Of a stretch of 64,000 bases of DNA, positions 28,570-38,500 are shown one piece after another; position 1 is the stretch's first letter, and each line of letters begins with the position of its first letter. The notes under the pieces are model-generated. The model did no database searches, had not been told where the DNA came from, and saw nothing but the letters and a program-made list of their open reading frames with translations. A program made the translations under genes and the position numbers. The stretch comes from Akkermansiaceae bacterium (GTDB lineage Bacteria > Verrucomicrobiota > Verrucomicrobiia > Verrucomicrobiales > Akkermansiaceae): the NCBI GenBank assembly GCA_903906515.1, contig CAIVKO010000233.1, positions 102 through 64,101 of the forward strand. Direction: 5' to 3'.

Positions 28570-29703
28570 TTACCTCAAACTTTTCCAATCGCGTGGACAA
28601 CACCCCTCGTGGCGAAGAAATATGCGGTTCATCGTGCGTGACGTTCCGAATCCGCAGGCGGAAACCAGATCCTTGATTTGTGGTGATCCGTTCCCTAACA
28701 TTATTTTTGCCTTGGACATGCGCTCGCGTAATAGGAAATCAGCGGGGGTGCACCTGAGTTCGGATCGGTAAAGGTGATAGACCGATCGGGCAGACATTCC
28801 CATGATGGCAGCAAGCTGTTCCATGTCGAAGGGCTTCTCCAAACTTATCCTGAGGTGATCAATCCCCCGCAGCAGGGCCGGATGGGTTACTGCAAGGGCC
28901 TCGGAACTCTGCCGCACCACCAACCCCAGTGGAGGAATGACCACTGATGAAGTAGGAGGTTTAGCACCAGCCATCAGTCGATCCAATAGCATCGCGCCGG
29001 CGATCGCTACTGCGTCGGGCGCGTTGTCGATGCTGGTGATCGGCACCGGAGATGTTTCGCTGGCAAGCTCGATATTACCGACGCCAACCACCGCCAGATC
29101 CCGTGGAACATTGATGCCGCATTCAATGCTCATCTCAACCGCTTCCGCCGCAAGTTGGTCGTCCATGGCGAATAAAGCGACCGGTTTTTCCAAGGCGGCC
29201 AGGTGCTTGGCCAGCCATTTTCTTCGTCGCATCCATTCGCCCTTGCCGCCCTTGCCGCGGTATTCGAGGGTCAGGCAGTCACAACCGTGGCGTGCGAGAG
29301 TATCCCGGAAACCGGAAAGACGTTCGGCGGCAACGACACCGGGTGCTGAAGTCCACCAAACAAAACGCCGGTGGCCCATTGCGAGCAAATGTTCCGCAGC
29401 CATGCGTCCCGCGGCTACATTGTCCTCGTGAACATGGGCCGTGATTTTGATCCGGGGTCGGTTGCGCTCAATCAACACCGTGGGCTGACGTGGTGCCTGG
29501 GATTTCATAAAACGAAGCACATCCATCCGCCTAGGATCCGAGACGAGCATGCCGTCTCCCGACCAACCGGCAGGCAGTGCATCGTCGAAGAAATGCCGGG
29601 TCTCAAGCAACCATCCGAACTGGCGTGCATGGCGGGCCAGCGCCAACAGTGTCCGGGGATCATGCCATCCTAACAATACAAGAACCCTGCGTTTTATTTT
29701 CAT
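28570..29703 (-). CDS. XylR-type transcriptional regulator (LacI-like sugar-binding domain + AraC HTH)
   Basis: N-terminal VHEDNVAAGRMAAEHL, LFAMDD, VVGVGN and ITSID. C-terminal AraC HTH MEQLAAIMGMSARSV...ACGFGTSRTMNRIF. Confidence 0.88.
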   Translation of the reverse strand: MKIKRRVLVLLGWHDPRTLLALARHARQFGWLLETRHFFDDALPAGWSGDGMLVSDPRRMDVLRFMKSQAPRQPTVLIERNRPRIKITAHVHEDNVAAGRMAAEHLLAMGHRRFVWWTSAPGVVAAERLSGFRDTLARHGCDCLTLEYRGKGGKGEWMRRRKWLAKHLAALEKPVALFAMDDQLAAEAVEMSIECGINVPRDLAVVGVGNIELASETSPVPITSIDNAPDAVAIAGAMLLDRLMAGAKPPTSSVVIPPLGLVVRQSSEALAVTHPALLRGIDHLRISLEKPFDMEQLAAIMGMSARSVYHLYRSELRCTPADFLLRERMSKAKIMLGNGSPQIKDLVSACGFGTSRTMNRIFLRHEGCCPRDWKSLR

Positions 29704-29816
29704 GAAAGTGCGGATTTGGTCATTGCAGTAATTGTCTTCTTTTTATTGTAAATGTCTATCGCTAATATCACGTTCTTATGGTGAAATCATCATGAAACCA
29801 GACCGTTGTTGTGATC

Positions 29817-32228
29817 ATGTCGTCATTCAGTGAATCCCATATCCGCGAAATACTCGTCGTTCATCACAGTCACATGGACGTCGGCTATACACATTCGCAG
29901 CCGGTTTTCTGGGAGTTGCAATCCGAGTATATTTTCCAGGTGCTCGACTGGCTGGAGGAAGCGACCGATCTTCCCAACGACTCTCGGCCGAAATGGACTT
30001 GTGAGGCGAGCGAACCGCTACGTCGTTGGCTGGCCAAGGCTTCTGAGACGGATGTAGCGAGGTTCGTCAAACTACACCATCAGGGGAGTATCGGTGTGTC
30101 TGCTTTGCGTTGGCACACCACTCCACTGGCCGACCGTGCGGGACTGGAGCGTCTGCTCGCTGGAAAAGTTGAATTGGAATGTCTGTTAGAAACTAAGATT
30201 CAGGTGGCATGTCAGCACGATGTAACGGGGGTTCCGTGGCCGCTTGCGGATGTGCTGCTCGATGCGGGCGTGGATTTTTTCATCATGGCCATCAACATTC
30301 ATTTGGGTCGCGCGGTGAAACCGAGACCCGGAATGTTCATGTGGGAAGCTCCATCGGGTCGCTTTCTGCGCGTTTTTAATGGTAACCATTACACGATGTT
30401 CGACCAATTGCTCCATGCGTGGGACGATTCCGTCGATAGCATGAAAGAGGGCTGGAATATCTATCAAAAACGCCTGAAGGAGTTGGATTATCCCATGGAT
30501 TTCGTTTATCTCACCTCAACCTGCTCACCGGTGATGTGGGATAATGCTCCGCCAAATCCCTTCATGCCGGATTTGATCCGTCGTTGGAATGAAGCAGGCT
30601 GCGGTCCTCGGATCCGCTATTCGACCTTTGCTGACCTGCGCGAGCGTGCCATGCGCGTGCCGAGCGAGCCATTGCCGGTGATGCGCGGAGACTGGACAGA
30701 CTATTGGAACTTTGGCTGTGCCGCTAGCCCGATCGCCACCGCACGCAACCAGCAGGCGAAATCACTGATCGATGCAGCATCCATATTAAATGGGCATGCT
30801 GTTTCCATGGATGCAGCGATGGGCAAGGTGGACCTTTATGACGAACATACCTGCGGATACTACGATTCAGATCACGCACACCCGCAGTCACAGACCACCG
30901 AAATGCTGAAACAGGCTCTCGCCCACGAAGGTCATGAACTTGCTGCGTTCGCCTTGATGGACGGGCTGGAGCGGCTGGCGCAAAACCCATCGGCCGACAA
31001 AGGCATCGATAGTGTCCTGTTCGTTAACCCCGGCCTGGAAGCGGTGACAATGAGTGTTGAACTTCCGTCCAACTGGTTTGAAGCGGCGGATGGTCGCACC
31101 TACCGAGCGAGTCGAATGTTTTACGACGGACGCTCGTGGGGCGAGCGGTTTCCGGGATTGAATGCTCGCGCGTTCGGACAGGTTCACTTGCCACCACTTT
31201 CGTGGAAATCCATACCTCTGGCCAATCTGCCGCCAGTTGCACCCCCCACGGTATTTCATCAGATCGATGTGGACGCGTCAGCCCGCCGCGAGCTCAACTT
31301 TGCGCCGGCTTCGAACCATAAGCGCCGCACTGGATACATTACCTCGCCGTTCCACCGCCTAAGCTATGATCCGGATTCCGGGCGGATTATCAGTCTGACT
31401 GATCACACGCAGGACCGTGAGGTGCTGGCACAGCGCGATGGGTTGGATCTATTCAGCTTCGTTCGTGAGCGAGCCGATGCCTTGAATGAGGATCGGCGTT
31501 ACGCATTCTACCAGCGTGATCTGAACAAAGAGAAGGTGGATGAGATGTGCTGGCAGGATTGGGTGCCGGTGCGAGAACGCGCTACCCGCGTCAAACGCTG
31601 CGATATCGTGGTTGGCAACAATCGTATCACGCTGGTTCGTGAGTTGGAGGCACCCGGCATGTTGTTTCTATCCCAGAAGATCACGTTTTCTGCAGATGAT
31701 CCGGTGATTCGGATCGAGGTGGAAATGGAATTGATTCCGGACTCTTCGCCACAAGCGGTGTATTTCGCGATCCCGCTGAAAATGAACTCGGGATGGCAGG
31801 CGATGTTTGATACAGCAGGTGTCGCAGTGCGCATGGATGATGACCAGTTGCCTGGTGCCTGCCGCAACTGGGTCACTTCTGAGGCGTTTGCCGCCATGTG
31901 GGACAAGCGTGGCGGTGTGGCATTGTTTACGCCTGACGCACCGATGATCCAGTTCGGTGATTTTCACTTCGGGCGTCCGCTTGAAAAACTTCCTCGTCCA
32001 CGAAACCCGTTGTTGCTAGCATGGCCGGTCAATAACTACTGGGATACCAATTTTCCCCGAGTGCAGGGCGGTCGCATCCGGCTGTGTTTCGGTCTCCATA
32101 CCTTCGGCGGTCCTGCGGATACTCAGGTAATAAAGGCTCTTTCGCGTAAATTCCGACAACCTTCTTTGTTATGGCCGATCACACGCAACGGTAGGAAAGC
32201 AGGAGAGGGCGGTCTTCTATCATCATAA
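29817..32228 (+). CDS. Cytoplasmic GH38-like (GH38/57 N-terminal barrel) glycoside hydrolase
   Basis: VVHHSHMDVGYTH (HxD metal motif), HDVTGVPW, GDWTDYWNFG, LYDEHTCG and NNYWDTNF. No signal peptide. A GTG start at 29811 is also possible. Confidence 0.75.
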   Translation: MSSFSESHIREILVVHHSHMDVGYTHSQPVFWELQSEYIFQVLDWLEEATDLPNDSRPKWTCEASEPLRRWLAKASETDVARFVKLHHQGSIGVSALRWHTTPLADRAGLERLLAGKVELECLLETKIQVACQHDVTGVPWPLADVLLDAGVDFFIMAINIHLGRAVKPRPGMFMWEAPSGRFLRVFNGNHYTMFDQLLHAWDDSVDSMKEGWNIYQKRLKELDYPMDFVYLTSTCSPVMWDNAPPNPFMPDLIRRWNEAGCGPRIRYSTFADLRERAMRVPSEPLPVMRGDWTDYWNFGCAASPIATARNQQAKSLIDAASILNGHAVSMDAAMGKVDLYDEHTCGYYDSDHAHPQSQTTEMLKQALAHEGHELAAFALMDGLERLAQNPSADKGIDSVLFVNPGLEAVTMSVELPSNWFEAADGRTYRASRMFYDGRSWGERFPGLNARAFGQVHLPPLSWKSIPLANLPPVAPPTVFHQIDVDASARRELNFAPASNHKRRTGYITSPFHRLSYDPDSGRIISLTDHTQDREVLAQRDGLDLFSFVRERADALNEDRRYAFYQRDLNKEKVDEMCWQDWVPVRERATRVKRCDIVVGNNRITLVRELEAPGMLFLSQKITFSADDPVIRIEVEMELIPDSSPQAVYFAIPLKMNSGWQAMFDTAGVAVRMDDDQLPGACRNWVTSEAFAAMWDKRGGVALFTPDAPMIQFGDFHFGRPLEKLPRPRNPLLLAWPVNNYWDTNFPRVQGGRIRLCFGLHTFGGPADTQVIKALSRKFRQPSLLWPITRNGRKAGEGGLLSS

Positions 32229-32244
32229 TTAATCCAATCCTAAC

Positions 32245-34083
32245 ATGTATTTTATTGACTGGTTGATTGTGACCATTTTCTTCCTCGTCGTCGTAGGCGC
32301 GGGTTTTGTATTCTCACGCAAAAGCGCGGAGAGTTCTAAATCGTATTTCCTTGGAGCGGAGAATAAGTGGTGGATGCTGGCCGCATCCGGAGCCTCCACG
32401 AATTTTTCCATCAACGGCACGGTATGGAATCTTGCGATACTGATGGTGCTGGGCATGAAATCGTTCTGGGTCACGCTGGTGTGGTGGATGCCAAACGCGG
32501 TATTCCTCATGGCGTATTCGGGCATTTGGATCCGCCGTTGCGGTGGCATCACTTCGGCAGAACTCAATCGGATCCGCTTCGGAGTCGGGACAGGGGCGAA
32601 GTGGGCACGCACGAGTTTCGCCTTTATGATCACGTTGTTTTCCGTGGCCTCTTTGTGCATGTCCTATATCATCGTTCACAAGTTTGCGGTGGTGTTCGGA
32701 CTGCCTAACAATAATGCACACGGTCTGGCCTTGGGCATCGTGGCCGTCACCAGTGTGTATGTGTTGTTCGGAGGTTTCAAAGGAGTGATCCTGAGTGAGT
32801 TTCTGCAAACAGTGGTGTTATTCGCGGTGGCATTCATCGTCGGGTTTGTCTGTTACAAACAATATTCCGCAGACCAGATCCATGCGGCGGTGACACACGG
32901 AGTCGGTGCGTCTGCGGTGAATCCAGATTACTGGAAATCACTGATGCCAGAGGCCATGCCTCGAATCGGAATGTTTGTCGCTTCAGAGGGGTACAAAGGT
33001 TGGCAGGACTTTATTGGTGCGACTCTCGCATTTTCCATCGTCGGCATGATAGGCTGTGTCGGTGGGGCAGGTGGAAGATATGGAGAACAGCGCTTCCTCG
33101 CTACGACGAATGTGAAGGAAGCCGCAAAGCTAGCGGCGTTGTGGCAGTTTCTCGGCTTTCCACGGTGGATTATGACGGCGGGTTTGTGTTTTCTCGGATA
33201 CGCGGTCTATTCTGCGGACATCGCACACGACCCGGAATGCGTGATGCCGAAATTCCTCCTGTCGGGCCTGCTTGCTCCGGGTTTGTTAGGTTTAGTTGTT
33301 GCCGGGCTTTCCGCCTCTTTCATGACAAGTTTCTGTTCGGAGATCAACGCCTGCGCGTCGATCATCGTCCGTGATATTTATCAGCCATTGATCGCCCCGC
33401 ATGTGTCGGATTCGGATCGGAAGCTGGTCAGGGTGAGCTACTTGGTGACCGGTTTTCTTGCGTTGTTGGCAGCGATCATTGGATATGCCATGGTGGAATC
33501 CCAGGCGCGAGGCGGCGGCAGTGCTCTCAACGTGATCTGGGCTTGGATGCTCGGGGGCTTGCTGACATGTTTTGTAGTGCCACTGGCCTTCCGTTGGTAT
33601 TGGGGCAGGATGAACGGTTGGGGTTTTGCTGCGGGATGTTTGTTCAGTTTGGTGCCTTCACTAGCCATGTTGGTGCGGGCGTTTGTCCCGGATGGAAATA
33701 TTTTAAAAGTCTGGCCGGAAGACCACTACACATATGCAACACTCGCCACCTCCACGCTGGCGTGCGTGCTGGTTTCGTGGATCACACCGCCGATCGAGGA
33801 TGAAACCACAACGGCATTCTATGCGCGGGTGCGTCCATTCGGCCTTTGGAGGGACGCTGCCGCCAAGGCGAGATTGGCTGGAATTCCCATGGCGACCGCA
33901 ATTCCTTTGCCGCGGATCATTGTCAATGTGGTGCTCGGTCTGATCGCCTCATTCTCCCTCTACATGGCACCGGTCTATTATCTCGGACATTGGAATTCTG
34001 AAGGGACGCTTTGTTCTGTCATCTTTGTGGTATGTTGCTGCGGACTGTATTTCACCTGGTACCGCACTCTCCCGGAGGATTAG
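32245..34083 (+). CDS. Sodium:solute symporter (SSS family), probable sugar/oligosaccharide importer
   Basis: Many TM helices. Motifs YFLGAENKWWMLAASGAS, YVLFGGFKGVILSEFLQ, SASFMTS..SEINACASIIVRDIY and WYWGRMNGWG. Confidence 0.92.
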   Translation: MYFIDWLIVTIFFLVVVGAGFVFSRKSAESSKSYFLGAENKWWMLAASGASTNFSINGTVWNLAILMVLGMKSFWVTLVWWMPNAVFLMAYSGIWIRRCGGITSAELNRIRFGVGTGAKWARTSFAFMITLFSVASLCMSYIIVHKFAVVFGLPNNNAHGLALGIVAVTSVYVLFGGFKGVILSEFLQTVVLFAVAFIVGFVCYKQYSADQIHAAVTHGVGASAVNPDYWKSLMPEAMPRIGMFVASEGYKGWQDFIGATLAFSIVGMIGCVGGAGGRYGEQRFLATTNVKEAAKLAALWQFLGFPRWIMTAGLCFLGYAVYSADIAHDPECVMPKFLLSGLLAPGLLGLVVAGLSASFMTSFCSEINACASIIVRDIYQPLIAPHVSDSDRKLVRVSYLVTGFLALLAAIIGYAMVESQARGGGSALNVIWAWMLGGLLTCFVVPLAFRWYWGRMNGWGFAAGCLFSLVPSLAMLVRAFVPDGNILKVWPEDHYTYATLATSTLACVLVSWITPPIEDETTTAFYARVRPFGLWRDAAAKARLAGIPMATAIPLPRIIVNVVLGLIASFSLYMAPVYYLGHWNSEGTLCSVIFVVCCCGLYFTWYRTLPED

Positions 34084-34274
34084 AATTTCACGAAACCAAC
34101 TGTTATAGTTTATGCGACCTTCATCTGTTATCGAAAAGGACAATACCCATCGCTCCGATGCTGAGTATCGAAACTTCACCCCACGTGAACAGATCTCTTG
34201 GACTAGAATGCTATCGCGTCTGCAAAAAGACTCAAAGTTTGTGACGAAAAAATAGTAAATTTAAGGAGAATAAA

Positions 34275-35318
34275 ATGAGTGAAATGACAGGTCTTCAACG
34301 ATGTCAGGCTGTGCTGACGGGTGAGGTTGCCGATCAGGTTCCAGTGGTGCCGCAAACATTTATGTTCGCGGCGGAGACGGCAGGAATCAGGGTTGGTGAG
34401 TTTGCCTATAATGCAGCAAAAATGGTGGAAGCACAGGTGATCAGCCAGGCAAAGTATGGCTACGATGGATGCGTGATTGATTTTGATGATGCAACATTGG
34501 CTGAGGCATGCGGGGCGAAAGTTATTTTCCGGGACTACGAACCCGCTATTGTGGATGAATCTGAACTTGTCGTCAAAGATCTAAGGGATGTTGATAAACT
34601 GAAACTTCCAGACCCTTGGAAGGATGGTAGGTTGCCGGTATGGCTGGAGGCCACCCGGTTGCTGAAAGATCGAATTGGGGATCATGTGTTCATCATGGGC
34701 CGCGCGGATCAGGGGCCGTTCAGCCTTGCCTGTCTTTTGCGGGGGCCCCAGCAGTTCATGATGGATTTATTGGATGATGAAAATATCGAACCGATCAAGC
34801 AGTTGATTGACTATTGCCGTCAGGCCTGCGCCCGGTTTGCGCTGGCGCAGAAGGAGGCGGGAGCCCATGCCACATCCATTGGCGACGCATTTGCCGGCCC
34901 GAGTTTGATCTCGCCGGCAATGTATCGTGAGTTTGCAATGGAGCCTCAGGTCCGGCTTGCTGAAGAAGTGCAGGCGGCGGGAATACCGTTCTCGATTCAC
35001 ATCTGCGGCAATACAAATGGCATTATCGCCGACATGGGCCGGACACACGCGAGAATTCTGGAAGTGGACTGGAAACTGGACATGGCAGAAGCGCGTCGCG
35101 TAGTCCCCGCGACAACGGTGCTGATGGGAAATGTGAATCCGAGCGATCCGCTTGTCCTCGGGACGCCGACAGATGTGGATGCTGCGGCGAGGAAAGTGAT
35201 AGAGGCAACTGGCGGACGCGGCTTGTTTCTGAGTTCCGGTTGTGCGATGGGACGCAACACGCCGCCTGAGAATATGAAAGCTCTGGTTTCAGCAGCCAAT
35301 AAATATGGAAAAATGTGA
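34275..35318 (+). CDS. Uroporphyrinogen-decarboxylase-superfamily protein, MtaA/CmuA-like
   Basis: GPFSLACLLRG..FMMDL, ISPAMYREF, IHICGN (H-x-C), LMGNVNP and LSSGC. The HemE RQAGR motif is absent. RBS AAGGAG upstream. Confidence 0.85.
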   Translation: MSEMTGLQRCQAVLTGEVADQVPVVPQTFMFAAETAGIRVGEFAYNAAKMVEAQVISQAKYGYDGCVIDFDDATLAEACGAKVIFRDYEPAIVDESELVVKDLRDVDKLKLPDPWKDGRLPVWLEATRLLKDRIGDHVFIMGRADQGPFSLACLLRGPQQFMMDLLDDENIEPIKQLIDYCRQACARFALAQKEAGAHATSIGDAFAGPSLISPAMYREFAMEPQVRLAEEVQAAGIPFSIHICGNTNGIIADMGRTHARILEVDWKLDMAEARRVVPATTVLMGNVNPSDPLVLGTPTDVDAAARKVIEATGGRGLFLSSGCAMGRNTPPENMKALVSAANKYGKM

Positions 35319-35511
35319 CATGGTGAATCGCAAAACTACGACGCTTACGAAAAGTGACGCTGAAACGACAGCAATATCACAGTGCCCAAGATCGAGCGCT
35401 TACGGCATCTGGATGGTGTCCGCGCTCAGGCGGCATCCGTATCCCGGCATGGAACTTCCTCTGGTTCTTCGCATTAATGAAGGATGGTCGCGTTGCCGGC
35501 GAATTTGCCTA

Positions 35512-38500
35512 TTATTTTGTGGCCACGAGACGAGCGAAGCGTTTGGTCTTGCCGCCGAACGGAATGTGGGCAACGACGTCGTTCAGACCGTTAGAATCAG
35601 GGCCGGTGACCACGAAGTTCACACCGCCGTCCTGTCCACTGGTGGCAGGGACCGGGATGGAAGTCGTCCAAGAGCCGGCACTGAGGTCATCACTGAGTTC
35701 GAGATGGAGTTGCGCCGGTGTCATGGCATCTACGCGCTTGAAATGCAGGACCAACTCGCTGCCACTGGCCTGGCTGGCGGGTAGCAACCCGGGGGTGTCG
35801 AGGGACGAATGGGTCGGAGAACCAAGAATCCATGCCATGCCGTAGGCCACACCCTCGCTGTTGAGAGAATCGAAGGCATGGCCGCCAGCCCAGCTCGTAA
35901 ACGAACCGCCGCCAGCGGCTAGCGACAATGTTTTGCCATCACCCGACACTTGGAATTGGCTGAAGGTGGCTGTCGCGCCATCAATGCGTATGTTGCCCGC
36001 TGCGACATACGCCTGATAGTCGGCCGCTCCCTTGCCGGTGATCGTCAGGGTGGCTGTGCTGCCGGATGCGAAGGTGATGTAGCCTGAGCCGAAGGTGTAA
36101 TTACCGGCGTAGCCAATCTTGCCTGCGGTCAGACTGGCGTTGCCCGAGAGCTCAACATGACCCCAGCCCCCATAACTCCCGAACGTCAGACTGCCGATGT
36201 TCGCCACCGCGTTGTCGGTCATGGTCATTTTGGATCCATTATACCCCTGTATGCTAAAGGTGTAGACACTACTGGCGCCGTTGAGGCTAGTCGCGTTGAA
36301 AGAGGCATCGCCGGACATGTTGTAAACACCCCAGCCATTAGGATTCTCACCAATCCCGAAATTACCATATTGACCGGTAATCGTGATGGAACCACCCGTC
36401 TGATTCAGAATCGCGCCGGCAGTATTATATTTGCCAACCATGAAGCTGTTGTTTTGAGGTATCACGTATTTGCCGGTGATGGTCGTGGTCGTGTTTCCAG
36501 ACGGCACCAGATTGCCCGTGATGATGTCAGTATAGGTCGCGGTGATGGTATGATTCGACCCCACGTTGCTGAACGTGTAATTGGTCGCCGGAACAACATT
36601 TACCCCATCCACCGTGAGCGTATTCACATGATAACCCAGGGCAGGCGTGATGGAATAGATTTGGTTGTCATAGTAATTGAGGGTCGTGACACCACTCGGA
36701 GTAATCGATCCGTTGGGGCTTTGGGTGGCGGTTATGGTGACGGTGGTGCCGGGCGCGAAGGTCGCGGTGATGGTATGGTTTGTCGTCACGTTGACGAATG
36801 CGTAACTGGTCGCCGGAGGCGTAACCGGGACATCATCCACCGTGAGCGTGGCGACATGATAGCCCGGGTCAGGCGTGACAGAGTAGGTGGTCGTGCTGCC
36901 GAAAGTCACCGGATTCGCGCCGGGCGGAGTGATCGTACCGTTGGTGCTTTGGGTGGCGAGGATAGTTGGGTTGGCTACCACGGGTGCAAGCGACAACGTG
37001 CTGCCCGACAATAGGAACTGGCTGATTGTCGCTGAAGCGCCATCAATGCGTATGTTGCCTGCGGCGACATACGCCTGATAGTCCGCCAACCCCTTGCCGG
37101 TGATCGTCAGGGTGGCTGTGCTGCCGGATGCGAAGGTGATGTAGCCTGAGCCGAAGGTGTAATTACCGGCGTAGCCAATCTTGCCTGCGGTCAGACTGGC
37201 GTTTCCCGAGAGTTCAACATGACCCCAGCCCCCATAACTCCCGAACGTCAGACTGCCGATGTTCGCTACCGCATTGTCGGTCATGGTCATTTTGGATCCA
37301 TTATACCCCTGTATGCTAAAGGTATAGACACTACTGGCGCCGTTGAGGCTAGTCGCGTTGAAAGAGGCATCGCCGGACATGTTGTAAACACCCCAGCCAT
37401 TAGGATTCTCACCAATTCCGAAATTACCATATTGACCGGTAATCGTGATGGAACCACCCGTCTGATTCAGAATCGCACCGGCAGTATTATATTTGCCAAT
37501 CCAGAAAAGTTGGTTCTCACCGATTATGTGAGAATCCCATTTACCCACGGTCGTGGTCGTGCTTCCTGGAGGGATAAAATTACCGGAAATCACGATTACA
37601 CCTACATTGAACGGACTGGAGGTCGCCCCTGTCAGTAAACTAGTGCTGGCGGCCAACGTTAAGCCATTCCCTACCGTCGTGGGTTTGAGATTGCTGAACG
37701 TCGCCACACCGTTGACGGCTCTCACGGTGAGGGTGCTGTCTGAAGAGATTGTTCCGCTGACCGTCACATCGGTAATGTTATCGCCGGTCACGGTATTGCC
37801 GTCGGCATCTTGCACCAACACCGTCACAGCCGGGCTGATCACTGAATCAGGCCTCGTGTTGCTCGGTTGGACGCCAAACGCCAACTTGCTGGCGGGTCCC
37901 GGATTGTTGGTCTGGGTGGAGTTGACCGAACTGGCGGCATAAGTGCCATCGCCGACATAGACCGCCCGGATGGTATGAATACCCGTCGCGAGGGTGCTGT
38001 CGGTATAGGCGGCTACCCCGCCGGAAACGTCCACAAAGGCCTTCGCTACGCCGTCCACGGAAAAGACGACCTTGCCGCTTGCCCCTGTCGCAATGACGTC
38101 GTTGGTTTTAACCGTCGCCGTGAAAACAACGTCCTGGTGATAGACGGACGGGTTGACCGAAGAGTTCAGTGTGGTGGTAGTGACAATTCCGGTCGTGTTT
38201 GTATTGAGCGCCTCATTCCAGACCTGTGCGATCTTCTGGTAACCGACCGCATTGGGATGCAAGCCGCCGACGTCCAAGTCCGTGGCGATATTCATCGCCT
38301 CATACATGGGAACGTAAACCACGTTCCGGCCAAGGGCCTGGTGGCTGGCCACGATGCCCGGGATGGTGGCGTTGTAGGCCTGCACGTCGGTCTGATGTCC
38401 GACTATGGGTGGGATCGACGCCACGTAGAGTTTCACACTTGGCCGGTAGCCATAGATGTGGTCGATAAGAACACTCAGGCGAGCCGGGGCGTTGGCCACG

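Noticed and set aside
28124-28771. Small ORFs of 98-126 aa in the GH29-regulator gap
   Set aside because: They overlap each other or the regulator, and have no RBS or motif support.
29704-29810. Possible XylR-type direct-repeat operator (ATTTGGTCATTGC / ATTGTCTTCTTTT)
   Set aside because: The similarity is too weak in an AT-rich spacer to call without a PWM.
34275-35318. Annotation as hemE (heme biosynthesis)
   Set aside because: It lacks the RQAGR and other HemE substrate-binding motifs, has MtaA-type Zn ligands, and has no tetrapyrrole genes nearby.
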